A stretch of 64,000 nt of DNA from Microscilla marina ATCC 23134 (GTDB lineage Bacteria > Bacteroidota > Bacteroidia > Cytophagales > Microscillaceae): positions 7,192-71,191 of the forward strand of contig NZ_AAWS01000006.1 of assembly GCF_000169175.1 (NCBI RefSeq). The letters run 5' to 3'. The notes under the pieces are model-generated. The model did not search any database, was not told the DNA's origin, and worked only from the letters and a program-made list of their open reading frames with translations. Below, in pieces: positions 48,213-56,963 of this stretch (positions are counted from its first letter, which is position 1; the number at the start of each line of letters is the position of its first letter). The position numbers and the translations under genes are program-made.

Positions 48213-49022
48213 TTACTTTTGCCAATGTTGCTGTATAATCTCCAGCATTTGTGAATGTACTTCTCCACTGGCTACAATTTCTCCCTTGAACACACTATCG
48301 TCCCCTCCACTAAAGTTGGTCACGGTTCCGCCTGCTTCTTGTACAAGACAAGCACCAGCGGCTACATCCCAAGGCTTTAGATTGTACTCAAAAAAACCTT
48401 CAAAACGCCCACAAGCTACATACGCCAGGTCTACTGCTGCTGACCCCATACGACGCAAGCCATGGGTATTTTGCATAAACCCATTGAGTATCTCCAGGTA
48501 ATTGCGCATTTGGTCAAAGTTATAATAAGGAAAACCTGTAGCAAGCAAGCTATCGCTTAGGTCTTGGGTGCTTGATACCCTAATTTTGGCATTGTCCATA
48601 TAGGCTCCTCCATCTTTCCAGGCATAAAAACACTCATTTCGGTTTATTTCATAGACTACCCCTGTTATCACTTCGGTGTTTTGCATAAGTGCTATACTGA
48701 TAGCAAAAATTGGCAATCCGTGCAAAAAGTTAGTGGTACCATCCAACGGATCTACTACCCAATGGTATTCTTTACCCGACAATTGGTGGTTGGCTGAGTC
48801 CTCTTCAGATACAAACCCAGCTTCGGGTAGTACCTTGGTCAATGCTTTGATAAGCATTTCTTCTGATCGTTTGTCTACATAAGACACCAAGTCGTTTTTA
48901 CCTTTGTACTCAATCATTGAGCGGTCAAAGTTTCTCAGTTCAGTTCTTATAAAATATCCTACATCTTTGGTGATTTGAATCACTTGCTCAACCAATGGTT
49001 GTAAGTCTATTGTACTACTCAT
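48213..49022 (-). CDS. suhB: Inositol monophosphatase family protein.
   Basis: WVVDPLDGTTNFLHGLP is the IMPase motif, and WDVAAG lies in the C-terminus. 269 aa. Confidence 0.85.
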   Translation of the reverse strand: MSSTIDLQPLVEQVIQITKDVGYFIRTELRNFDRSMIEYKGKNDLVSYVDKRSEEMLIKALTKVLPEAGFVSEEDSANHQLSGKEYHWVVDPLDGTTNFLHGLPIFAISIALMQNTEVITGVVYEINRNECFYAWKDGGAYMDNAKIRVSSTQDLSDSLLATGFPYYNFDQMRNYLEILNGFMQNTHGLRRMGSAAVDLAYVACGRFEGFFEYNLKPWDVAAGACLVQEAGGTVTNFSGGDDSVFKGEIVASGEVHSQMLEIIQQHWQK

Positions 49023-49041
49023 GTTTTAAATGTTTATTTTT

Positions 49042-50685
49042 TTAAGTGAAGCTTCCAGTAGTTCCTTTAGTAATTTTCTTTACCAACATGGTGAGTATTA
49101 AACCTATTGCCATAAATGCTGACAAACGTCCTAAATAATCGCCATGACGGGCATACATAGTTATTTTGGTATGAGACTTTATACCTTGCTTAAGCACTGC
49201 TTTTTTACCATAATCAGTTTGAGCTATTGCCTCTCCAAATTGATTGATTACTCCTGAGGTACCAGTATTGGCACAAAATACCACATCACGGCGTGTCTCA
49301 ATGGCACGCAAACGGGTGTAGGCAAAATGTCGGTGATGCCCATCAGTGTCTCCCCACCAGCCATCATTGGTGATCACAGCCAGTGCATTGGCTCCGTTGT
49401 GAATGTAACGACGGGTAAAGTCTCCATGAATAGATTCAAAACAAATCAAAGGAGCTATTTTCATCTTTTTTTCACCTTTGTCTTTAGCAAGTAAAGTAAA
49501 CACTTCGCGGGCTGGTTGGGTACCATACGAGCCACTGGTACCACCAAAGTCTATCAACCAATCACCCAATATACCCAATACTTGAGGATAAGGTAAAGTT
49601 TCTACCCCAGGCACTAACTTGGATTTATGATAGAACCCGGCAGAAGGCGGATGCTCTTGTAAGAAAACAGCCGTGTTGAACACCTCATAGTACCTTCCTG
49701 TTTTGGGGTGTACACGGGCACTAGTAGTAGGTTTTACTCTGCCATAAAATCGCGAAGTAGTGGCTCCAGTGATCATTGCTAGATGGGGGTATTTTTTCAG
49801 GAAAGTTTGGGCTTGCCTAAATACTGCATACTGGCTAAGGGAAGCTTCATTGTATTGTTCATCGAAAGCGGTTTCGGGCAATAATAACAAACGGGTATTG
49901 GCACTTAAGTAAGGTTGGGCCTGCGCTAAAAAACGCTGCATTTGTTGGGGGTAAGGAGTAAAATTGGAGCCTTCGGCAAATTTTTGGGTATAAGGATCTA
50001 CATTGGGTTGTACAATGACTACCTCAGTTGTGAGGCTGTTTTGTGGAGAATAACCAGCTTTGAGCGCGATGGATGCAATGGCTGGCACTCCCACCAACAA
50101 GGCAAGGTATATAGTATAAGTAATACGGTTATGTTTCAGTTGGCTACTGATGAGTAAGTATGTTAAAATGTTTGCCACAAGCACCCACAAAGAACCACCC
50201 AAAACACCCGTATATTCATACCATTGAATGAGGTAAGGGGCAGTGGCAAATGCATTGCCCAGGGTAAGCCAAGACCACGAAAGTTGCCAGTGCAGGTGCA
50301 AGTACTCAAAACTCAACCAATACAGCGTCAAGGTCAAATAACCATAGTTATTGCCCAATATTTTTCGGGTAATACGATAAGCCAACAGAGGTAGGGTCAT
50401 GAGCAGGGCATTCAAAACAATGGCAACTATTGCCCCCACCACACTTGCCTTTGCCAACCACCAGGTAACGGCAATGTTCCACCCTAATGTAACTCCCAGA
50501 CAACACAACCAAAAGATGAGGTTTCCTCGTTTTTGGTTCTCAATATGTGCCTCAACCATTAAAACCGGGGCAAACCCCACGCATAAAAACAATGGGTGTA
50601 GTTGCCACCCTAACCACAGGCTTATGATACTTGCCAGTACTAAACTGATACAATATTTGAATGAAATTTTTGGAGTTTCGCGCAT
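49042..50685 (-). CDS. lnt: Apolipoprotein N-acyltransferase.
   Basis: About 7 N-terminal TM helices, then a CN-hydrolase domain (LLLLPETAF…ICFES…). 547 aa, typical of Lnt. Confidence 0.7.
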   Translation of the reverse strand: MRETPKISFKYCISLVLASIISLWLGWQLHPLFLCVGFAPVLMVEAHIENQKRGNLIFWLCCLGVTLGWNIAVTWWLAKASVVGAIVAIVLNALLMTLPLLAYRITRKILGNNYGYLTLTLYWLSFEYLHLHWQLSWSWLTLGNAFATAPYLIQWYEYTGVLGGSLWVLVANILTYLLISSQLKHNRITYTIYLALLVGVPAIASIALKAGYSPQNSLTTEVVIVQPNVDPYTQKFAEGSNFTPYPQQMQRFLAQAQPYLSANTRLLLLPETAFDEQYNEASLSQYAVFRQAQTFLKKYPHLAMITGATTSRFYGRVKPTTSARVHPKTGRYYEVFNTAVFLQEHPPSAGFYHKSKLVPGVETLPYPQVLGILGDWLIDFGGTSGSYGTQPAREVFTLLAKDKGEKKMKIAPLICFESIHGDFTRRYIHNGANALAVITNDGWWGDTDGHHRHFAYTRLRAIETRRDVVFCANTGTSGVINQFGEAIAQTDYGKKAVLKQGIKSHTKITMYARHGDYLGRLSAFMAIGLILTMLVKKITKGTTGSFT

Positions 50686-50792
50686 GTTTTATTTGCATTA
50701 AAGTAACTTAAGTAGGGCATTTATTACCATACAGATACTCATCTGCAAAGGTACACGTTTTCAAAAGGTTTGGGTAAAAAAGTGGGGTAAAG

Positions 50793-51500
50793 TTAGATAA
50801 GGTCAAATGCCTGAGCAAAGCGAATCAAATCCACAAAGCGCCTAATTTCTAACTTACGCTTCAGGTTTTTGCGGTGTTGCTCGACAGTAGCCTTAGAGAT
50901 AAACAACTGTTCACCTATTTCGGTATTTTGATAACCTAAAGCCAATAAGGGAACTATTTCTAGCTCGCGTGGGGTCAAGCTGGCAAATTTATGATAGTTC
51001 ATTTTCATGTAATTTGTTTCTTCCAATGCCCTTACCATTTTATTGGTAACCTTGCCCACTTTTGCCAAAGGGATAGTAATACCAGCCAAACACGGTTGTT
51101 TATTATAAATACGTGAGGTAGTATACAATGGCTCAAGGCCTTTCACTGGGTCAATTGCCGCCCTTTGTACAAATCCGACGGCTTTACGTTTATGCTTGAG
51201 CAATACGTCTTTGATAAGTATGATCGACTTATTATAATCATCAGGATTCACATAACGCTTAAACAGGTCAGTAGGGGCATTTTGTACATCTTGCAAAGTA
51301 AGCTCAAAGCGCTCTAGGTGTTGCTTACTCAAAAACTTAGGAGCAAAAGTATGGATGTCATTCAAGTGCAGTAAAGCCCCTTGAATCAACTCACAGGCTT
51401 CCTCAAACGAATACCCGTTTTTAGTAATTCTTTGTTCTATCAAAAAGGTTTGACGTTCAAGAGCAACTAGTATTTCTTTTTCAGTAATAATTTGCTTCAT
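50793..51500 (-). CDS. LuxR-type HTH regulator, tandem paralog 5 of 5.
   Basis: C-terminus ASLTPRELEIVPLLALGYQNTEIGEQLFISKATVEQHRKNLKRKLEIRRFVDLIRFAQAFDLI (GerE/LuxR HTH). N-terminus MKQIITEKEILVALERQTFLIEQ. Confidence 0.75.
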   Translation of the reverse strand: MKQIITEKEILVALERQTFLIEQRITKNGYSFEEACELIQGALLHLNDIHTFAPKFLSKQHLERFELTLQDVQNAPTDLFKRYVNPDDYNKSIILIKDVLLKHKRKAVGFVQRAAIDPVKGLEPLYTTSRIYNKQPCLAGITIPLAKVGKVTNKMVRALEETNYMKMNYHKFASLTPRELEIVPLLALGYQNTEIGEQLFISKATVEQHRKNLKRKLEIRRFVDLIRFAQAFDLI

Positions 51501-51504
51501 TTTT

Positions 51505-52212
51505 CTAAATCAAATCAAACGCCTGAGCAAAGCGAATCAAATCCACAAAGCGCCTAATTTCTAACTTACGCTTCAGGTTTTTGCGGTGTTGCTCTACGGT
51601 AGCCTTAGAAATAAACAGCTGTTCGCCTATCTCATTATTTTGGTAGCCCAAAGCCAATAAAGTAATGATTTCTTTTTCGCGAGGGGTGAGTGAAGCAAAT
51701 TTGTGGTAGTTGTAACGCACATATAGAGTTTCCTCGATTGCACGAAGCATTTTATTTGTTATAACATCGATTGTTTTCAATGAAACGTGAACTCCCAATA
51801 ACTCTTGCTTGCTTTTCAATAAACTATTAGTTGTAAAAGTTCCTGGCTGAGATATATGAGGTCGGAAACGTTGAATAAAGCTCACTTTTTGACCTTTGGC
51901 TCCACGCAATATCTGCGTATTAACTAAATATGCCGCTCGTTCAAAGTCACCTGGGTTCAAATACTTTTGCACATAATTCGCAGGATTTTGTAATAAATCA
52001 TTGAGGTTCACACTAATGAAATCGTAAAAATCCTCATAAATATACCTTGGTAAAAGAGTGTGGACATCACTTAGGCTTACCATTGAACCTTTAGGTAAGT
52101 TTTGATTCAAGTCTTGCACCTTTATGATTTCCCTGTTCAATTTCTGCTCAATCAAAAACGTCTGGCGCTCTAAAGCTGCTATTATTTCTTTTTCAGTAAC
52201 AATCTTTTTCAT
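51505..52212 (-). CDS. LuxR-type HTH regulator, tandem paralog 4 of 5.
   Basis: Same conserved termini as the other four. Divergent middle region. 4-bp spacing to neighbours. Confidence 0.75.
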   Translation of the reverse strand: MKKIVTEKEIIAALERQTFLIEQKLNREIIKVQDLNQNLPKGSMVSLSDVHTLLPRYIYEDFYDFISVNLNDLLQNPANYVQKYLNPGDFERAAYLVNTQILRGAKGQKVSFIQRFRPHISQPGTFTTNSLLKSKQELLGVHVSLKTIDVITNKMLRAIEETLYVRYNYHKFASLTPREKEIITLLALGYQNNEIGEQLFISKATVEQHRKNLKRKLEIRRFVDLIRFAQAFDLI

Positions 52213-52213
52213 G

Positions 52214-52921
52214 TTAAATCAAATCAAATGCCTGAGCAAAGCGAATCAAATCCACAAAGCGCCTGACTTCCAGCTTACGCTTCAGGTTTTTGCGATACTG
52301 TTCTACGGTAGCCTTAGAAATAAACAGCTGTTCGCCTATCTCATTATTTTGGTAGCCCAAAGCCAATAAAGTAATGATTTCTTTTTCGCGGGGTGTCAAA
52401 GCAGCAAATTTGTAGTAGTTATTGCGCATGTACAGTGTTTCTTCTAATATACGCAGCATTTTATTAGTTACTTGCCCGACCTTTTCTAATGAGATAAGCA
52501 CACTAACCAAGGATTTTTTATAACTTTGACCATTTATCAATGTATAAAGCGGCAAATAATTCCCTGAGCCTACAGGTTTTACACGTTGAATATAACCAAT
52601 ACTTTTTCCCTTTAAAACAAAATCTTGTACTAGCCTAACTCCTTTTTCAAAATCACCTGGGTAGACTCCATTTTTGATAAATAAAGTAGGGTCATTCGCT
52701 ACAGTTTCTGTGGAGACATTCAGCTTTTTTTCAAAGTTTTTACCAAGATACTCAAGTGTAAACTCCTTATAACTATACAGGTTTACAGCATAATTATCTT
52801 CCTTGGTTAAAGTATTTGCCTCCTCAATAGTCATTTGTTGTGCTTTCAGCTTTTGCTCTATTAAAAAAGCCTGACGTTCTAGAGTTGCTATTATTTCTTT
52901 TTCAGTAACAATCTTTTTCAT
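52214..52921 (-). CDS. LuxR-type HTH regulator, tandem paralog 3 of 5.
   Basis: Same conserved termini. Divergent middle region. Confidence 0.75.
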   Translation of the reverse strand: MKKIVTEKEIIATLERQAFLIEQKLKAQQMTIEEANTLTKEDNYAVNLYSYKEFTLEYLGKNFEKKLNVSTETVANDPTLFIKNGVYPGDFEKGVRLVQDFVLKGKSIGYIQRVKPVGSGNYLPLYTLINGQSYKKSLVSVLISLEKVGQVTNKMLRILEETLYMRNNYYKFAALTPREKEIITLLALGYQNNEIGEQLFISKATVEQYRKNLKRKLEVRRFVDLIRFAQAFDLI

Positions 52922-52922
52922 G

Positions 52923-53639
52923 TTAAATCAAATCAAATGCCTGAGCAAAACGGATTAAATCCACAAAGCGCCTGACTTCCAGCTTGCGCTTCAGGTTTTT
53001 GCGGTGTTGCTCTACGGTAGCTTTAGAAATAAACAGTTGCTCACCAATCTCATTGTTTTGGTAGCCCAATACCAGTAAAGTAATGATTTCTTTTTCGCGA
53101 TTGGTAAGAGTAGCAAATTTGCGGTAATGATGGCGTACATATAGCGTTTCTTCTAACAAACGGGTCATTTTATTAGTAGCAACACCAAACTCTTCTACAG
53201 GAAGTACTAAGTTACACAATTTACCTGTCAAAACATTTTGCTTGGCTACAGTAAACATCCCACTATAATCACTATCTTTCTTATACAACTTTGTGCGTTG
53301 TATATAGCTTATGGGTAAGTCTTTTGATTTTGTTGATAAATGTTTCTTTAGTAAAACTACTGATTTTTCAAAGTCTCCTGGAAACAAGCATTCTTGTATA
53401 ACAGACATTGGTTTTTCAAAGAATATATTGTGCGGAATGTTTAACATATCTAACGATTTGTGCCCTATGTACGAAGGCAGCATAGTTTTCAAATCTAACA
53501 AGTTAATAACAATTCGCCCTGGTAAACTATCGTTCAATGCTTCTATGCTTACCCCGTCTTTATTCATTCTTTGCTGAATCAAAAAAGCCTGACGCTCTAA
53601 CGCTTCTAATATTTCTTTTTCTGTAAAAACTTTTGCCAT
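52923..53639 (-). CDS. LuxR-type HTH regulator, tandem paralog 2 of 5.
   Basis: Same conserved termini. Divergent middle region. Confidence 0.75.
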   Translation of the reverse strand: MAKVFTEKEILEALERQAFLIQQRMNKDGVSIEALNDSLPGRIVINLLDLKTMLPSYIGHKSLDMLNIPHNIFFEKPMSVIQECLFPGDFEKSVVLLKKHLSTKSKDLPISYIQRTKLYKKDSDYSGMFTVAKQNVLTGKLCNLVLPVEEFGVATNKMTRLLEETLYVRHHYRKFATLTNREKEIITLLVLGYQNNEIGEQLFISKATVEQHRKNLKRKLEVRRFVDLIRFAQAFDLI

Positions 53640-53640
53640 T

Positions 53641-54354
53641 TTAAATCAAATCAAATGCTTGGGCAAAACGAATTAAGTCTACAAATCGCTTTATTTCCAG
53701 CTTACGCTTTAGGTTTTTACGATGTTGCTCTACAGTAGCTTTAGAAATAAACAGTTGTTCGCCTATTTCACTGTTTTGGTAGCCCAATGCCAGTAAAGTA
53801 ATGATTTCTTTTTCGCGAGCGGTAAGTGAGGCAAATTTGTGGTAATGATGACGTACATACAACGTTTCTTCCAACAAACGGGTCATTTTATTGGTTACTT
53901 GCCCTAGGTTTTTGACCCTAATCAGTATATTAGATAATTCTTTTTTATGGCGGTTTTGTTTAGTAACAGTAAACATGCCTTCATACACATCGCCACCATA
54001 TAACTTTAACCTTTGAATAAAACTTACTGGTGCAAAACGATTCTCACCTGAAAAGTGACTGGACACAATAGAAGCATTTTTTTCAAAATCCCCTGGATAC
54101 ACAAGCTTTTGGATATACTCAGAAGGGTTTTTGAAATATAACTCTCTAGGAGCATCAAGCATTTTTAAGGATTGGTCGCTCAAATAAACGGGTACAAAAT
54201 CTTCTGAACTATTCAAGGTTACCATGACCCCCTTTGGCACACTTTCATTTAAATCTACAATGCTCATAGCATCCAGGTTCAATTTCTGCTCAATCAGAAA
54301 AGCCTGGCGCTCTAATGCCTCTAATATTTCTTTCTCACTAACAATGCGCTTCAT
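53641..54354 (-). CDS. LuxR-type HTH regulator, tandem paralog 1 of 5 (promoter-proximal).
   Basis: Same conserved termini. Divergent middle region. It is preceded by a 256-bp AT-rich divergent promoter region. Confidence 0.75.
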   Translation of the reverse strand: MKRIVSEKEILEALERQAFLIEQKLNLDAMSIVDLNESVPKGVMVTLNSSEDFVPVYLSDQSLKMLDAPRELYFKNPSEYIQKLVYPGDFEKNASIVSSHFSGENRFAPVSFIQRLKLYGGDVYEGMFTVTKQNRHKKELSNILIRVKNLGQVTNKMTRLLEETLYVRHHYHKFASLTAREKEIITLLALGYQNSEIGEQLFISKATVEQHRKNLKRKLEIKRFVDLIRFAQAFDLI

Positions 54355-54610
54355 GTTATGTTGTTAACTTGATTGATAAAGGTTGTGTTTTCAGTGTCTT
54401 TTCAGCTTTTCCTCTTTTGCCCTTCTCTATAATTTACAATTTTAACAATAAACGCCAAAATTAGTAAAACCATCAAATATACCCTCAAGTGTATAGTAAT
54501 GCTTCTTTTTAATAAAAAAAAATATTTAAACTTCAGAGTATTACCTGCTTGAAAAAACACCATAAGTTGCCTAACTTTTACTATTCACTCAAGCCCAACT
54601 TACAACCTAA

Positions 54611-55324
54611 ATGAATGCTCAATATTTAAAAAACGATCCAGAGTTTGCCCACAAACTCACCCAATTGCTTGATAGCTATGACGATGTCAACATCAGGCTT
54701 GCCTACCAACTGATGCAAGGAGGTGGAGTGCCCAACTCATTGGCTAAACGTATTTCTGATAATATTCAAGGTAAAATTTTATGCCTGGAGTATAGGCTTA
54801 CTTCTCTTTTGACACACTTACAAATACTTCAGATACACGATACTCACTTGCAAGAGTTACCCTCAGCTATTGGCGATTTACAAGCACTGGTTATACTGGA
54901 GCTCATCAACAATCAACTTGTTTGTTTGCCACCCGAAATACAATACCTGCAACAACTGACCGACTTGCAACTAGTAGCCAATCGCCTCATTGGCTTGCCA
55001 GAAGAAATAAAAGCACTTAAAAAGCTTGAAAAGCTGAACATATACGGTAATCAACTTAAGGTATTTCCAGAAGCATTACTTCATTTACCCAAACTTGAAT
55101 CGTTGAACTTGGGAGCCAATCAACTACAGGCTTTACCCACTCAAATGCCTCAGATGCGTGCTTTACGAAAATTGGATATTGGCACCAACCCTATGCAAAA
55201 TATAGTAGCAGTGCTCACTCAAATGCCTTGGTTAGAAATATTATCGTTGAGCGGGCTCAAGCTGTCAGACCGGGAATGGCAACAATTAAAAGTAAAATTG
55301 CCCTATACACAAATCATTCGTTAG
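54611..55324 (+). CDS. Leucine-rich repeat protein (paralog family).
   Basis: LxxLxxLxLxxNxLxxLPxEI repeats. N-terminal motif KLTQLLDSYDDVNIRLAYQLMQGGGVP. Confidence 0.7.
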   Translation: MNAQYLKNDPEFAHKLTQLLDSYDDVNIRLAYQLMQGGGVPNSLAKRISDNIQGKILCLEYRLTSLLTHLQILQIHDTHLQELPSAIGDLQALVILELINNQLVCLPPEIQYLQQLTDLQLVANRLIGLPEEIKALKKLEKLNIYGNQLKVFPEALLHLPKLESLNLGANQLQALPTQMPQMRALRKLDIGTNPMQNIVAVLTQMPWLEILSLSGLKLSDREWQQLKVKLPYTQIIR

Positions 55325-55876
55325 ACTTGAGGTATAAAGAGTGTAAGTCGATTTTATTATTTTGAATAAAAAAATTAATTTGGCTTATTAAATCAATAAT
55401 CCACAGCGCTGACAGGTGCAAGTTCTTAGATACCAACGTATATCAGTACTAAACCCTGTTCTACAAGCAACTAATAAATCCATAGTACATTCATTTTCAG
55501 CAGATGATGAGTTTGTTAGTTAAAAATTTTTGAAATGGAGTTAACATTCGCTCTTAAGTAGCAGCAAGTAATTAGCTATAAGCTACAAGTAAGGGTAACT
55601 CGCTCATAATATGGCTGTTACACCTACTCATTAGATATATTTAATTCTGCCTCGGTACTTACGTTGAAAAACAATGTTTTACAGAATGACTTCCAGCGAC
55701 TGTATGTATTTTTTACTTCGTTTGCCCAAAGTGCCTCACCATACATTTTAATGGTAGTCAAGTGCTTAAATAGTTGACGGAAAAAATCTACGGAGAATTG
55801 TTAAATAAAAGTAGGCTTAAAACTTCTTTGAGGTAAGTCATAAGGCATACTTTGAAAGCTCGACTCTGACATTATA

Positions 55877-56647
55877 ATGAATACACCTAATTACTTACAA
55901 GACAACCCTGACTATATAAAAAAAGTAAGTCAATTGCTCCTGAGCGACAACCCCGAAAATATAGAGTTGGGGTTTCAGATCGTAAAAGGTGCTGGCACTA
56001 TTCCAGTCAAACTCTACCCTATACTCACCAATAACCGATATAAGGTGGTAAAGTGTCTCGAATATAGTTTTACCGATTTATTACAATCACGCAAGAAGAT
56101 TAACTTGAACTACTTAAGGCTAAAGCGACTTCCTTTGCCGCTTTTGCAACTCAAAAGCCTTCAACACCTGGGGCTTGCTGGCAATCCCCAACTCAACAAC
56201 CCACAAACGTTTGAGCTGCTTGCTCAAATGCCAGGGCTGAAGGCATTAGATTTATATTCCTGGCACTTGACAGAAGTACCCAAGGCATTGCTCAACCTCC
56301 AACATCTCCAGCATTTGGGGTTAGGAGCCAACCCCCACCTCAACCTTGACTTAGTTTTTACTCAACTCAGGGGCTTGCCTCAACTTGAGTCGTTGAGTTT
56401 GTACAATAACAAGCTCAAGACTTTGCCTCCAGGTATTCGTGTACTTGATCAACTCAAAAAACTTGATTTAAGTGATAACTATTTTGAAGGTTTGCCAGAA
56501 GTGATCCACCAAATGCCTCGCCTCAAACACTTGGAATTGTGCGATAATAGAGGGACTGATTACTGGGATCATTTCTGGGATATTGATAATGAGGATGCCC
56601 GTAAATTACAAAAGGAATTTCCAAACATAGTGATCACATTTGGCTAA
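55877..56647 (+). CDS. Leucine-rich repeat protein (paralog family).
   Basis: LRR repeats. N-terminal motif KKVSQLLLSDNPENIELGFQIVKGAGTIP. Confidence 0.7.
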   Translation: MNTPNYLQDNPDYIKKVSQLLLSDNPENIELGFQIVKGAGTIPVKLYPILTNNRYKVVKCLEYSFTDLLQSRKKINLNYLRLKRLPLPLLQLKSLQHLGLAGNPQLNNPQTFELLAQMPGLKALDLYSWHLTEVPKALLNLQHLQHLGLGANPHLNLDLVFTQLRGLPQLESLSLYNNKLKTLPPGIRVLDQLKKLDLSDNYFEGLPEVIHQMPRLKHLELCDNRGTDYWDHFWDIDNEDARKLQKEFPNIVITFG

Positions 56648-56963
56648 CAAGCCTCTCGCCAAAGTCTGTACTATTCATATATTTTGAAGGTGATAGATTC
56701 CTTAGGAATGGTACCAAAATAAATTTACATTCTTAACCTCATCTTTTGAGGCTATACTTTGTTAAAAAATAGCCGAATAGCGCTGCTATTAGCCGATTTT
56801 TTACCGCGTCTAGCAACAAAATATTTTATTAAACTATAGAAATTTATTTTTACACCATTCCTTAACAATCTTTAACATACCCGCTAACATTTTTTAACAG
56901 CCCAAATTGAGTTGGCTGTTTTGGTAAAGGTAATTTTGTATCAAACACAATTACTTAAATGCC

